From the IMG/VR virus record IMGVR_UViG_3300049437_000042, positions 1 to 41,682 of that record: DNA of 41,682 nt; one strand, given 5' to 3'. This document shows positions 1 through 8,500 of the stretch, one piece after another. Below the pieces are notes generated by a model. The model had not been told where the DNA came from and searched no databases. It saw nothing but the letters and a program-made list of their open reading frames with translations. A program made the position numbers and the translations under genes. This stretch comes from a virus. How positions within the stretch are numbered: the stretch's first letter is position 1; every line of letters begins with the position of its first letter.

Positions 1-127
1 CACACCCCTGCGAGACTCGATCTCACCTGGACCAACAGCGGTGCCGCTGCCGATGCGGGTTGTAGGCACCTCTTCGTGTACCACGACAACCAAGACGTCA
101 CGCCCACGCAGTGATGGGACCGGTGTT
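1..127. repeat. Terminal direct repeat, copy 1 (identical to 41556..41682)
   Basis: Bases 1..127 (CACACCCCTGCGAGACTCGATC...GGGACCGGTGTT) recur exactly at the last 127 bases of the window. The repeat cuts through a small gene (its stop is at 112..114) and through the hairpin at 111..148, so it looks like an assembler overlap rather than a biological end. Confidence 0.9.
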
Positions 128-148
128 CTCCGTCACCGGTCCCATCAC
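111..148 (+). terminator. Hairpin after the small Zn-ribbon gene, upstream of the DNA polymerase gene
   Basis: Perfect 15-bp stem GTGATGGGACCGGTG / CACCGGTCCCATCAC with an 8-nt loop. There is no clear T-tract. The stem contains the GGGACCGG core that is also present in the 4684..4958 iterons. Confidence 0.4.
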
Positions 149-186
149 GTGACTCTCCGCAGACATATCGAAAGGCACCCACAGCC

Positions 187-2031
187 ATGGTACAGCCGGC
201 CGTGAACGGCACATTCCATCTACCCAATCTCAACGCGCACTACACCGCTGGATCTACAGCCACGGTGGCGGACGCGTTGAACGACCTGGTTGTGAGCGGG
301 TCGGACCTGGCCTGTGACATCGAGACGTTCGGACTCGGTCCGGACGCCCGCCGGATCAAGTGCGTTTCGTTCGCCACCCCCGACCGGGCTGTGGTGCTCA
401 ACCCCCGGGAACCTGATCAGGCCCGGCTCATCCGGTCAGCGATGGACCGGGCCCCCGCGCTCACCTTCCACAATTCGACGTTCGACGTGCCGAATCTGCA
501 TGTGAACAGCCTGTTCGACCGGGACAACTGCCGCAAGGTCACTGACACCCTGTTGTACGCCCGGTTGGCCTGGCCAGCACGTACGCTCCCCAAGACGCTG
601 GAAGCGACTGCGGAACGCTTGCTCGGACTGGTCGCCACCGAGACGATCGAGCGCGCGTTCAAGCGTCTCGGGATGTCCAAGGCAGAGGGGTACAAACGGG
701 TCGACATCGACTCACCGGTATACATCATGGGCGTTGCTGTCGACGCCCTGGTGACCGCCCGCCTGGTCGAGCCGGTCCGGCGCGCGGCGTACACCACCCT
801 GACCCGCGGGCACCCGTTCAACAACTTCGGGATCACCGGGGATGAGGCGCACCGGCTGGTCGAGCGTGAGCAGATCATCAACCGGTCCACACTCCGCCGG
901 GCCTGCAAGGGTCTGCGGGTTGACTTCGACGTGTTGGAGGCGTTTCGGGACACCACCCGGAAGGAACGGCACGCTGGTGAGGCTGAACTGACCGCAGCCG
1001 GTATCCGACCGGGCAACGCCGGAGACTTGATCAAGGTGCTTGAACAGGCCGGAGCGCTTCCTCACGACCACCCCCGGACGCCAACGGGTCTGGCGTCCAC
1101 CGTGGCAAAGGATCTTGAAGCACTGGAAGCCACCGACCCTACCGGACTGGCCGCGTTGTACGTGCAGACCAAACAGATCGCCAAGATTGAGGACGACTAC
1201 CTGGTCAAGGCGGTCGAGAACGCTGACTCCGATGGATGGATACACCCGACCATCAACCTGCTGGCAGCGACCACCGGACGCATGAGTATCGGGGGCACTC
1301 CCCTGCACCAGTTCCCCGGGGCCGCCCGCGGGTGCGTGCTGGCCGATCCGGGCGACCGCCTCACCTCGCTCGATTGGGCTCAGATCGAACCGGTCTTGAT
1401 CGCAAACGTGGCGGGAGATCTGAACGCCCTGGCCGGCTATGAGAACGGCACGTCTGACCTCTACACCGACGTGGCACAGTTCGCTGCCCTTCCTCGTAAG
1501 CGGGCAAAGCCCGTGCTGCTGGGGACGCTGTATGGCGAGGGGATCACCAAACTGGGCAGGGACATCGGGGTGGATCTGGACAGTGCCCGTGCCATCCGGG
1601 ACCGGGTGTTCCAGCCCCTGCCCCGTACCAACGCCCTGATCGGCAAGATCCGCTCCATCGGGAAGGAGCACCGCAAGATCTTCACCGTGTCCGGACGGAT
1701 CTTGACGATCCCGATGGGAAAGGGGTTTCCCGACCGGGTCACCGGGAAGATCCGTCCGCCCACGGTGGCCGTCCACAAGGCGGTCAACTACTTCGTCCAA
1801 GGCGGGGCATACGACGTGTTGGCCGAAGCGATGATCAAGGTCATCGAGGCAGGACTCGACGACGGCATGTACCTGGCGATGCACGACGAACTCGTGGTGA
1901 GCACCGAGATTGCCTCCGACGTTGAAAAGATCATGCAGACTCCGCCCGAACGGCTGTGCCTACTGGCACGACGCCGGCCGGTTCTGCGCACCGATCGTGC
2001 CGACCTCGGCGAGCGTTGGGCCGCAGCGTGA
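187..2031 (+). CDS. DNA polymerase I (family A) with 3'-5' exonuclease domain
   Basis: 614-aa ORF. Exo motifs: CDIETFGL and HNSTFDVPNL. Polymerase motifs: A DWAQIEPVLIA, B RKRAKPVLLGTLYGEG, C AMHDELVV. Confidence 0.95.
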   Translation: MVQPAVNGTFHLPNLNAHYTAGSTATVADALNDLVVSGSDLACDIETFGLGPDARRIKCVSFATPDRAVVLNPREPDQARLIRSAMDRAPALTFHNSTFDVPNLHVNSLFDRDNCRKVTDTLLYARLAWPARTLPKTLEATAERLLGLVATETIERAFKRLGMSKAEGYKRVDIDSPVYIMGVAVDALVTARLVEPVRRAAYTTLTRGHPFNNFGITGDEAHRLVEREQIINRSTLRRACKGLRVDFDVLEAFRDTTRKERHAGEAELTAAGIRPGNAGDLIKVLEQAGALPHDHPRTPTGLASTVAKDLEALEATDPTGLAALYVQTKQIAKIEDDYLVKAVENADSDGWIHPTINLLAATTGRMSIGGTPLHQFPGAARGCVLADPGDRLTSLDWAQIEPVLIANVAGDLNALAGYENGTSDLYTDVAQFAALPRKRAKPVLLGTLYGEGITKLGRDIGVDLDSARAIRDRVFQPLPRTNALIGKIRSIGKEHRKIFTVSGRILTIPMGKGFPDRVTGKIRPPTVAVHKAVNYFVQGGAYDVLAEAMIKVIEAGLDDGMYLAMHDELVVSTEIASDVEKIMQTPPERLCLLARRRPVLRTDRADLGERWAAA

Positions 2032-2073
2032 TCACATCATGTACACCTTGAGCAGGATCGGCACGGCGGAAGG

Positions 2074-4683
2074 GTGGTCGACATGATCGCAGGATCGGTC
2101 TTTACCAACATTTTCGGGATGATTCCGCCTGGTGACGACCGAGTGGTCCGGGTGGCCAAGGCTGCGGCGGCGGCCGGGTTCGCCGTGGTCGCCTGCAAAC
2201 CCGGGCAGAAAGTCCCGATGTGCACCCTGACCGCGCGCCAGGCGGTCACAGCCGACCGGCAGGCCAGTGAGGCAGCGGGCCGAAAGGTTCGGCATGCCTG
2301 CGGCATCGCTCACGCCACCACTGACCCCGCAGTGGCTGCTAGGGTGTTCGCCCGCCTGGTCGCGCAGAACGGCCCGGTGAACCTCGGGGTCGAGCTCGGG
2401 GCGTCCCGGATGGTCGTGGTGGACGTCGACACCAGGGAGGAGCGGGAGGCGTTTCTGGCGGACTGGTCGACCGCGAGCGGCACGGATCAGTCCGCTCGGA
2501 CGCCCACGGTGCTGTCCCCCGGTGCGCTCCGGGTCACCGATGGCACACCAGACCCGGTGTGGGTGCACAAGGATGGCGGACACTTCTGGTTCACGCTGCC
2601 CGATGGCGTCACGCTGCCCACCGGGTCGGGAGTGCTCAAGCACCCGTCCGGCTGGACCGTCATGTGGGCTGACCACCAGGTGTTGGTCCCGCCATCGGTA
2701 CGTCCAGAAGGTCCGTACCGGCTGACCGGGCAGGGGGAGCCTGCCCCCGCCTGGTTGACCGACTTGGTGATCATGGAGGCGGACGCCCGAAGTATCCGCA
2801 TGTCCGCCCGCGCTGACCGGGCGTTCGACTCCGGCGATCCACTGGAACGGTGGAGCGCGACCACACCCTGGTCGACCCTGCTCGAACCGGACGGGTGGAC
2901 CGACACCGGACTGGTCGACACCTGTTCATGTCCCATCTGGACGGCACCGGGAGCGCACGCCTCCCCCAAGTCGGCGACCGCTCACGACGTGGGCTGCACC
3001 CGGTTCGACGTCGAGACCGGTTGGGGACCACTGCACGTCTGGACCGACAACCCCCCGCCCTGGCTGGCCGGCCGGAACACCTGGACCAAAGTGGGGTACC
3101 TCTCGGCCCGGGACCACGACGGGAACCACCGGGACGCCATGGTGGCCGTGGGGATCATCGCTCCGGATGCCTCGTTCGACTTTGATCTTGACTTCGAGGT
3201 GCCGGAAGACCCTGCCCCGCAAGAACCGCCCCCGGAACCAGCGGGGGAGCGCTCCCCCGCTCCGACAACCGTGCTGGACCGGCCGGAGGTGGACGAGTTC
3301 GACCTACCGGGCGGCCCCGAACCGGCTCAGCCGGCCGCCCCCGCCTCCCACGCACCGGGTGGGCTGGCCAACCTGCCTGAAGACTTCTGGGCCGCCAGGG
3401 TGGCGCTCAAGCACATCAGAACCGCCAGCCTGGCGATGATGTGCAGCCCGGACGCGTTGCTCGTGGCGACCCTGGCCAGGCTGGCAGCGATGCGTCATCA
3501 CCGGATCGTGCTGGACATCGGACTCGGGGAGACCGGGCTGAACCTGATCGTGTGCCCGGTCGGCCCGTCGTCGTCCGGCAAGGGCATCGCCATGGCCGGA
3601 GCGGCACTGCTGATCCCGCGGGAACTGTGCGCCTCCGGTGCGCACGACGGAATCGGTATCGGGTCTGGTGAGGGCATCGCCGAGGCGTACATGGGCCGTG
3701 AGCAGGTTGACACCGGTGAGACGTACAAATCGGGGGACCGCAAAGGGCAGCCCAAGATGCGGGAGGTTCGCGCGCAGGTGCGACACAACGCCCTGTTCGC
3801 GATGGATGAGGGGCAGGCCCTTGGTCAGATGTCCGCCAGGGCAGGGACCACGATCGTCACGGCTCTGCGGTCGGCTTGGTCATGCGCCACGATCGGTCAG
3901 GCCAACGCCCGCGAGGACACCACCCGCTCCATCCCGGCCGGGACGTACTCGGCTGGGTTCGTGCTGGCCTTCCAACTGGACACCGCCGCTAGCGTGCTGG
4001 CGGACACCGATGGGTTGGCCCAACGTGCCCTCTGGGCGTCAGCCACCCATCCCGGGGTAACCGCGGACATGGTCGAGCACCCCGGGGCGTTGGCGGACGT
4101 CATCACCGGGTGCGACCCGTTCGACGGAGGCGGAGGCGGCATCACGATGACCTTCCCCCTGGAGATCCGGACGGCGTACCGGGAGCATCGGGCCGGCGTG
4201 CTGCGGGGCGAGATCGAACAGGACCCGCTGGACGGGCATGGTCCGCTGGTCCGTGCCAAGGTTGCCGCCCTGCTGGCTCTGCTGGACGGCCGGGTGACCC
4301 CCGCCCGTGAGGACGTCGAACTGGCCGGTGTGGTCTGGCGGACGTCGTGCCGGGTGCGCACCCACCTGGCGGAGCGTTCGCAAACGGTGGCGCAGGAAGC
4401 GGCACGGGCCCTGGCCGTGTCCCGTGCGCTCCCCATCGTCATCGCTCAGCAGAAGATCGAAGAGGGCACCGACAAGCGGGTCGAGCAGTCGGCGCGCACC
4501 CTGTCCCGCCACGTGCACGCTGCGGGCCCGGGGGGTCTGACGCACCGGGACGCCCGCAAGACGATGAAGTCGACCATGCGCGGGCAGTACGACGCCGTCC
4601 GGGACCACGCGGAAGCGATGGGGTGGATCGTGGTTGGCGAGGGGCCTACACCTGGACTGGCGCCAGGGTGTACCGCTCCGTAG
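2074..4683 (+). CDS. Prim-pol (bifunctional primase/polymerase) fused to a D5/DUF3987-like P-loop NTPase
   Basis: 869-aa ORF. N-terminal prim-pol-like signatures: MVVVDVDT, GGHFWF, VLVPPSVRPEGPYRL. A Pro/Glu-rich linker follows. The C-terminal part has P-loop GPSSSGKG and a Walker B-like LFAMDEG. Confidence 0.85.
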   Translation: MVDMIAGSVFTNIFGMIPPGDDRVVRVAKAAAAAGFAVVACKPGQKVPMCTLTARQAVTADRQASEAAGRKVRHACGIAHATTDPAVAARVFARLVAQNGPVNLGVELGASRMVVVDVDTREEREAFLADWSTASGTDQSARTPTVLSPGALRVTDGTPDPVWVHKDGGHFWFTLPDGVTLPTGSGVLKHPSGWTVMWADHQVLVPPSVRPEGPYRLTGQGEPAPAWLTDLVIMEADARSIRMSARADRAFDSGDPLERWSATTPWSTLLEPDGWTDTGLVDTCSCPIWTAPGAHASPKSATAHDVGCTRFDVETGWGPLHVWTDNPPPWLAGRNTWTKVGYLSARDHDGNHRDAMVAVGIIAPDASFDFDLDFEVPEDPAPQEPPPEPAGERSPAPTTVLDRPEVDEFDLPGGPEPAQPAAPASHAPGGLANLPEDFWAARVALKHIRTASLAMMCSPDALLVATLARLAAMRHHRIVLDIGLGETGLNLIVCPVGPSSSGKGIAMAGAALLIPRELCASGAHDGIGIGSGEGIAEAYMGREQVDTGETYKSGDRKGQPKMREVRAQVRHNALFAMDEGQALGQMSARAGTTIVTALRSAWSCATIGQANAREDTTRSIPAGTYSAGFVLAFQLDTAASVLADTDGLAQRALWASATHPGVTADMVEHPGALADVITGCDPFDGGGGGITMTFPLEIRTAYREHRAGVLRGEIEQDPLDGHGPLVRAKVAALLALLDGRVTPAREDVELAGVVWRTSCRVRTHLAERSQTVAQEAARALAVSRALPIVIAQQKIEEGTDKRVEQSARTLSRHVHAAGPGGLTHRDARKTMKSTMRGQYDAVRDHAEAMGWIVVGEGPTPGLAPGCTAP

Positions 4684-4958
4684 GGGGGACCGGCCCATGT
4701 CTCCGTGGGGGACCGGGGGGACCGGGGGGACCGGTCCCCCACACACACAAAAAAATTCGTGGGAGCGGTCCCAAATCCTTTAGAAATAAACTCTCTCTCT
4801 CTACTCTCTTATAATATAAAAGAGCAGGTCAGGGGCTGTGTGAGGTAAATGCACAGTATGGTTATCGATATAACTGAGAGTCACTGAGAGAGTCACTTTT
4901 AGTGTCGGAGGCAGATTTTCTCTCCGAGTCGTGGGGGACCGGTCCCCCACGGTCCCCC
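4684..4958. promoter_or_regulatory. Iteron cluster flanking an AT-rich segment (candidate replication origin)
   Basis: GGGGGACCGG-type repeats lie at 4684..4693 and in tandem with 9-bp period at 4707, 4716 and 4725. The last one completes the 16-bp palindrome GGGGGACCGGTCCCCC (4725..4740). The same palindrome recurs at 4933..4948, followed by GGTCCCCC at 4951..4958. Between them (4741..4930) the sequence is conspicuously AT-rich (AAAAAAATT, TTTAGAAATAAA, CTCTCTCTCT, TTATAATATAAAAG) in an otherwise GC-rich genome. No credible ORF is present. Confidence 0.45.
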
Positions 4959-4988
4959 ATGAAGGCGCTCACCACTCCTGGGGTGTAA

Positions 4989-5012
4989 ATTCGGTGTACA
5001 TGTACACCGAAT
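4989..5012. promoter_or_regulatory. 24-bp perfect palindrome, candidate operator
   Basis: ATTCGGTGTACA|TGTACACCGAAT is a perfect palindrome. It sits directly upstream of the SD-like GAGGGGAGGA and the GTG start at 5030. Confidence 0.5.
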
Positions 5013-5029
5013 GAGGGGAGGAACCCGCA

Positions 5030-5347
5030 GTGACCGGGACGATAGTTGCTCGAACTATCCTGTTTGACGGTGAATTGTGGGTGTCGGTAGCCGACATGGC
5101 ACGACAGACTCCGGTACCCGTCCACACACCGGGTGAGCTTGAGCGCATGGCGATGACCCTGACCAACCACGTACGCCGACGCGGGGGCTACATGTCCCAC
5201 GCCGACGCTCGGCGAACCCTCCGGGCGGACCGACGGAGCATGTACCCCGATGTCCGTTCTAGGGCGGAAGATCTGTGCTTAATCTGGTCAAAACCCTCTG
5301 ATAGAGGAATTCGTGCCGTAACGGATTCAGACCATGCCGATCGGTGA
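5030..5347 (+). CDS. Hypothetical protein
   Basis: 105-aa ORF with a GTG start preceded by GAGGGGAGGA. It is the first gene after the AT-rich region. Confidence 0.6.
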   Translation: MTGTIVARTILFDGELWVSVADMARQTPVPVHTPGELERMAMTLTNHVRRRGGYMSHADARRTLRADRRSMYPDVRSRAEDLCLIWSKPSDRGIRAVTDSDHADR

Positions 5348-5840
5348 ATCACGGGTCAAGATCTGCAAAGACTGCCCGACCGACCGGCGGGGGAAGCCTC
5401 GACCGGCCCCGTACCCGGGCCCCCGGTGCGCCACGTGTCACCGGGGGCACAAGCGGTCCTCACGTGAACGTGGACGGGACAACCGGGCCGCTCGGGTCTA
5501 CGGGATACCCCCGGGCACGTATGAGGCGCTACGGGCCGCTCAAGGGGGCGTGTGCGCGGGGTGCGGACCGCGGACCGGTCGCAACGGAACCGGGCGCCGG
5601 AGGATGGCGGTCGATCACGAGCACAACCGGCGGGGGTGCACCCATCCCCCGGAGACAGGCTGTCCGCAGTGCGTCCGGGGTCTGCTGTGTTCCACGTGCA
5701 ACCAGGCCATCGGCGACTTTCGGGACGATCCCCTTACGCTGCTCAGACTGGCGCTGTACCTGGTGAGACCCCCCGCACGTGCGGTGCTGACCAATGGCTC
5801 ATTATTCGATCAACGTGTACGATGCGAACATGATACGTAG
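5334..5840 (+). CDS. Endonuclease VII family (Holliday-junction resolvase-like) protein
   Basis: 168 aa with the family pattern YGIPPGTYEALRAAQGGVCAGCG ... VDHEH ... RGLLCSTCNQAIGDFRDD. Confidence 0.85.
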   Translation: MPIGESRVKICKDCPTDRRGKPRPAPYPGPRCATCHRGHKRSSRERGRDNRAARVYGIPPGTYEALRAAQGGVCAGCGPRTGRNGTGRRRMAVDHEHNRRGCTHPPETGCPQCVRGLLCSTCNQAIGDFRDDPLTLLRLALYLVRPPARAVLTNGSLFDQRVRCEHDT

Positions 5841-6093
5841 CAGAGGCAGGCAGGTGGGAGCGTTGCGGACAGAAACCCTGGCCGTGATCGGTGCGGACGG
5901 GGTACCCCGTCCGGTTGAGCCGATGGGCGTCCGGGAACTTGCCGAGGTGCACCGGGTGACCCGGACGGCCATCTGCAACTGGAAACGCCGGCATCCGGAC
6001 TTCCCGCAACCACTGTTCGTGCTGGCGTCCGGACCGGTGTACGACGGTTACGCCGTCCGGGACTGGCACGCCCGCGGGGCGGACAAGTCGTGA
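5794..6093 (+). CDS. Helix-turn-helix DNA-binding protein (MerR/excisionase-like HTH)
   Basis: Segment MGVRELAEVHRVTRTAICNWKRRHPDFPQP. The start is uncertain: 5794, ATG 5830 or ATG 5923. Starting at 5794 would overlap the previous gene by 47 nt. Confidence 0.7.
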   Translation: MAHYSINVYDANMIRSRGRQVGALRTETLAVIGADGVPRPVEPMGVRELAEVHRVTRTAICNWKRRHPDFPQPLFVLASGPVYDGYAVRDWHARGADKS

Positions 6094-6320
6094 TCCGGCT
6101 CCTGCCATGGGTGCTGGGCTTGGGCAGCCTCGCCTGTTTCTCGGTCGCCCTGGTGCTGAACCTGCGTGAACACCTGCGGGCCCCGTGGGTGGACCTGTCG
6201 GGACCTGGTCGAGACCGCTTGAACGGCACAATTAGTCAGCTTTGGCAGGTTATTCCACCATATCGGGCACTAGTGTTGAGGGTGTCTGACGTGTCTGACC
6301 AGGAAGTTGACCAATGGTGA
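6090..6320 (+). CDS. Small membrane protein (hypothetical)
   Basis: GTG start in a GTGA overlap with the previous stop. N-terminal hydrophobic segment LLPWVLGLGSLACFSVALVL. The 3' part is lower-GC and contains a tandem 9-mer, so its coding status there is doubtful. Confidence 0.45.
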   Translation: MIRLLPWVLGLGSLACFSVALVLNLREHLRAPWVDLSGPGRDRLNGTISQLWQVIPPYRALVLRVSDVSDQEVDQW

Positions 6321-6751
6321 GCCGGAATCCCGAGCGTGACCGGGAGATCTTCCGGGCGTTCTGTCTCGGTGAGCAGGTAGACGTCCTAGCAGAACGCCAT
6401 GCCCTGACGGTGAGCCGTATCCGCCAGGTGGTGGCAGTGCAGCGCGGTCGGCTTCCGGGCATGTCGGCAGCGGAGACCAGGGAAGAACTCAAGGTTCAGT
6501 TGGATGACCTACGCCGGCAGCTTCACGCCATCGTCGACTCCCCTCCGGCCATTGCCGAGAGGGAGTACGACGATGAAGGTCGGGTCACGGCCGTCAAGCT
6601 TGACCACTCCGGGCGGATCGCTGCCGCTCGCCAGATCGTGGCGGTGCAGAACCGGATGGCCAAGATGCTTGGGCTAGACAGTCCCGAGCAAGTGGAGGCG
6701 ACCACCACGGTCCGCTACGAACTGGTTGGGGTAGACCCGGAGGAACTGTGA
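6314..6751 (+). CDS. Terminase small subunit (candidate)
   Basis: 145 aa. It lies immediately upstream of the large terminase and overlaps it by 4 nt. It has an N-terminal HTH-like segment (LAERHALTVSRIRQVV) followed by a predicted helical region. Confidence 0.65.
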   Translation: MVSRNPERDREIFRAFCLGEQVDVLAERHALTVSRIRQVVAVQRGRLPGMSAAETREELKVQLDDLRRQLHAIVDSPPAIAEREYDDEGRVTAVKLDHSGRIAAARQIVAVQNRMAKMLGLDSPEQVEATTTVRYELVGVDPEEL

Positions 6752-8127
6752 CCGCCCGCACGCTGACGCACCGGTACGCCCCCCGCGGGGCGTGCCGGTC
6801 AGTCATGTCGGCCCGTGACGGGGAAGTGCTGCTCTCCGGCCCGGCGGGCACGGGCAAGAGCAGGGCAGCGTTGGAAAAGCTCCACTACCTGATGTTGAAG
6901 TACCCGCAGGCACGGGGGCTGATCCTGCGGAAGACACAGGTTTCGCTCGGGTCTACCGCCCTGGTCACCTGGCGCGAGCACGTGATCCCGGAGGCCCTGC
7001 TCTCCGGTGAAGTCTGGTTCTACGGCGGGTCGGGTGAGGAGCCTGCGCAGTACCGCTACCGCAACGGCTCACGCGTGATGATCGGAGGAATGGACAATCC
7101 AACAAAGATCATGTCATCGGAGTACGACGTGATCTATGTCCAGGAAGCGATAGAACTCACCGAGGCTGATTGGGATCATGCGTCGTCCCGTCTGCGCAAC
7201 GGGCGCATGCCCTACCAGCAGATGATTGCCGACACGAACCCGAGTACCCCGGTGCACTGGCTGAAGCAGCGAGGCAACCGAGGGGACGTCCGGATTCTGG
7301 AGTCCCGACACACGGACAATCCGGTGCTGTACCGCGACGACGGCAGCTTGACCCTGCGTGGTCAGGCGTACATGGCGATCCTGGACCGGCTGACCGGCCC
7401 CCGCCGGGCCCGGTTGCGTGACGGCAAGTGGGTGGCTGCGGAAGGCCAGATATGGGAGGGATGGGACGAATCGATACACCTGGTCGACCCGTTCCCAATC
7501 CCCGAGGATTGGCGCCGGGTATGGAGTGTCGACTTTGGATACACTCATCCGTTTGTGCTGCAAATGTGGGCACTCGATCCGGACGGTCGGCTCGTGCTGT
7601 ACCGCGAGATCTTCCGAACCAAGCGCCTGGTGGAGGAGCACGCGTACGACGTCATGGAATGCGTGAGCCGGCCCGATCCGGACTACGTGCACCAGGGCAG
7701 CGAACGGCAACGGGCCTACCAGGGCCGGATCTGGACGGAGCGCCGACCGGACTGGTTGGTGGCCGACCACGACGCAGAGGGGCGCGCCACCCTGGAACGG
7801 GAACTCGGCATGAGCACCCGGAAAGCCCACAAGGCAGTGGGGGACGGCCTGCAAGCGGTCGCCAGCCGGCTGAAGCCCGTGGGTGATGGCCGCCCCCGCC
7901 TCGTAATCCAGCGGGGGGCGACCGTACACCGGGATCAGGACCTACTCGACGCCATGAAGCCAGCCAGCACGGTGGAGGAGATTCCTGGGTACGTGTGGGC
8001 GGACGTGAAGCGCAAGGAAGAGCCGGTCAAGGTGGAAGACGATGGGTGCGACACCATGCGGTATGTGGTCATGGAGCTTGACCGGCCGTCCGGGTCGGGC
8101 ATCCGGGTGATGGGCGGGCGGAGGTAG
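6748..8127 (+). CDS. Terminase large subunit
   Basis: 459 aa. Walker A LLSGPAGTGKSRAA, followed by a C-terminal nuclease-like half. Position upstream of the head genes fits. Confidence 0.92.
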   Translation: MTARTLTHRYAPRGACRSVMSARDGEVLLSGPAGTGKSRAALEKLHYLMLKYPQARGLILRKTQVSLGSTALVTWREHVIPEALLSGEVWFYGGSGEEPAQYRYRNGSRVMIGGMDNPTKIMSSEYDVIYVQEAIELTEADWDHASSRLRNGRMPYQQMIADTNPSTPVHWLKQRGNRGDVRILESRHTDNPVLYRDDGSLTLRGQAYMAILDRLTGPRRARLRDGKWVAAEGQIWEGWDESIHLVDPFPIPEDWRRVWSVDFGYTHPFVLQMWALDPDGRLVLYREIFRTKRLVEEHAYDVMECVSRPDPDYVHQGSERQRAYQGRIWTERRPDWLVADHDAEGRATLERELGMSTRKAHKAVGDGLQAVASRLKPVGDGRPRLVIQRGATVHRDQDLLDAMKPASTVEEIPGYVWADVKRKEEPVKVEDDGCDTMRYVVMELDRPSGSGIRVMGGRR

Positions 8128-8148
8128 ACTGCTGCGTGGGTGATGGGA

Positions 8149-8200
8149 GCACAAAGAGAGGCCCGGTACCGCCGATCCGGTACCGGGCCTCTCTTTGTGC
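8149..8200. terminator. Bidirectional intrinsic terminator
   Basis: Perfect 22-bp stem GCACAAAGAGAGGCCCGGTACC / GGTACCGGGCCTCTCTTTGTGC with an 8-nt loop. It sits between the convergent terminase gene (+) and the reverse cassette (-). Confidence 0.8.
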
Positions 8201-8207
8201 CTACTGG

Positions 8208-8315
8208 TCAGTGACTTCGCGTGAGCAGGTAGACAAGGCTACCTGATGCGAACCCGGAAAAGAACGCTGAAAGGATGAGGCACGTCAACCAGAATCGGTG
8301 CTCGAACTGACTCAT
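8208..8315 (-). CDS. 35-aa membrane peptide (hypothetical)
   Basis: MSQFEHRFWLTCLILSAFFSGFASGSLVYLLTRSH. Its ATG forms an ATGA overlap with the upstream stop. The longer 106-aa reading is not protein-like. Confidence 0.45.
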   Translation of the reverse strand: MSQFEHRFWLTCLILSAFFSGFASGSLVYLLTRSH

Positions 8316-8500
8316 TCCGCGTTTCCTTCTGCCCGTTCGAGAGCGACCAGGCCGATAGGGGTAATGGTCCTGTCGGCACGAATCATGCCCCGGTCTTTGA
8401 AGATCCGCACGGTGTGCGGATGGGTGTCCCGTGGAATGGTGCTCCGGGGACTGCTCCGGGCCGCTTTCAGCGTTTCGATCTGATACGTGCTCAGCTCCAT
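8312..8500 (-). CDS. Small winged-helix-like protein (hypothetical)
   Basis: 62 aa, MELSTYQIETLKAARSS...TVRIFKDRGMI...ITPIGLVALERAE. The start overlaps the upstream stop (TGATG). It shares a sequence pattern with the 11301..11561 product. Confidence 0.55.
   Translation of the reverse strand: MELSTYQIETLKAARSSPRSTIPRDTHPHTVRIFKDRGMIRADRTITPIGLVALERAEGNAE

Noticed and set aside
712-1884. Long antisense ORFs overlapping clear genes, for example 712..1884(-), 13163..14611(-), 15284..16702(-), 16956..18560(-), 18991..20232(-), 22889..23602(-), 28694..29752(-), 36719..38107(+), most of 40226..41395(-), 2032..2676(-).
   Set aside because: These are typical shadow ORFs of a GC-rich genome. Their translations are Arg/Pro/Gly-rich and low-complexity, they lack SD sequences, and each lies opposite a gene with recognisable motifs.
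4862-5200. Minus-strand ORFs 4862..5200 and 4969..5166 across the AT-rich region.
   Set aside because: They run through the iteron and palindrome region and overlap the SD-led plus-strand gene at 5030. No SD is present, and the composition is non-coding.
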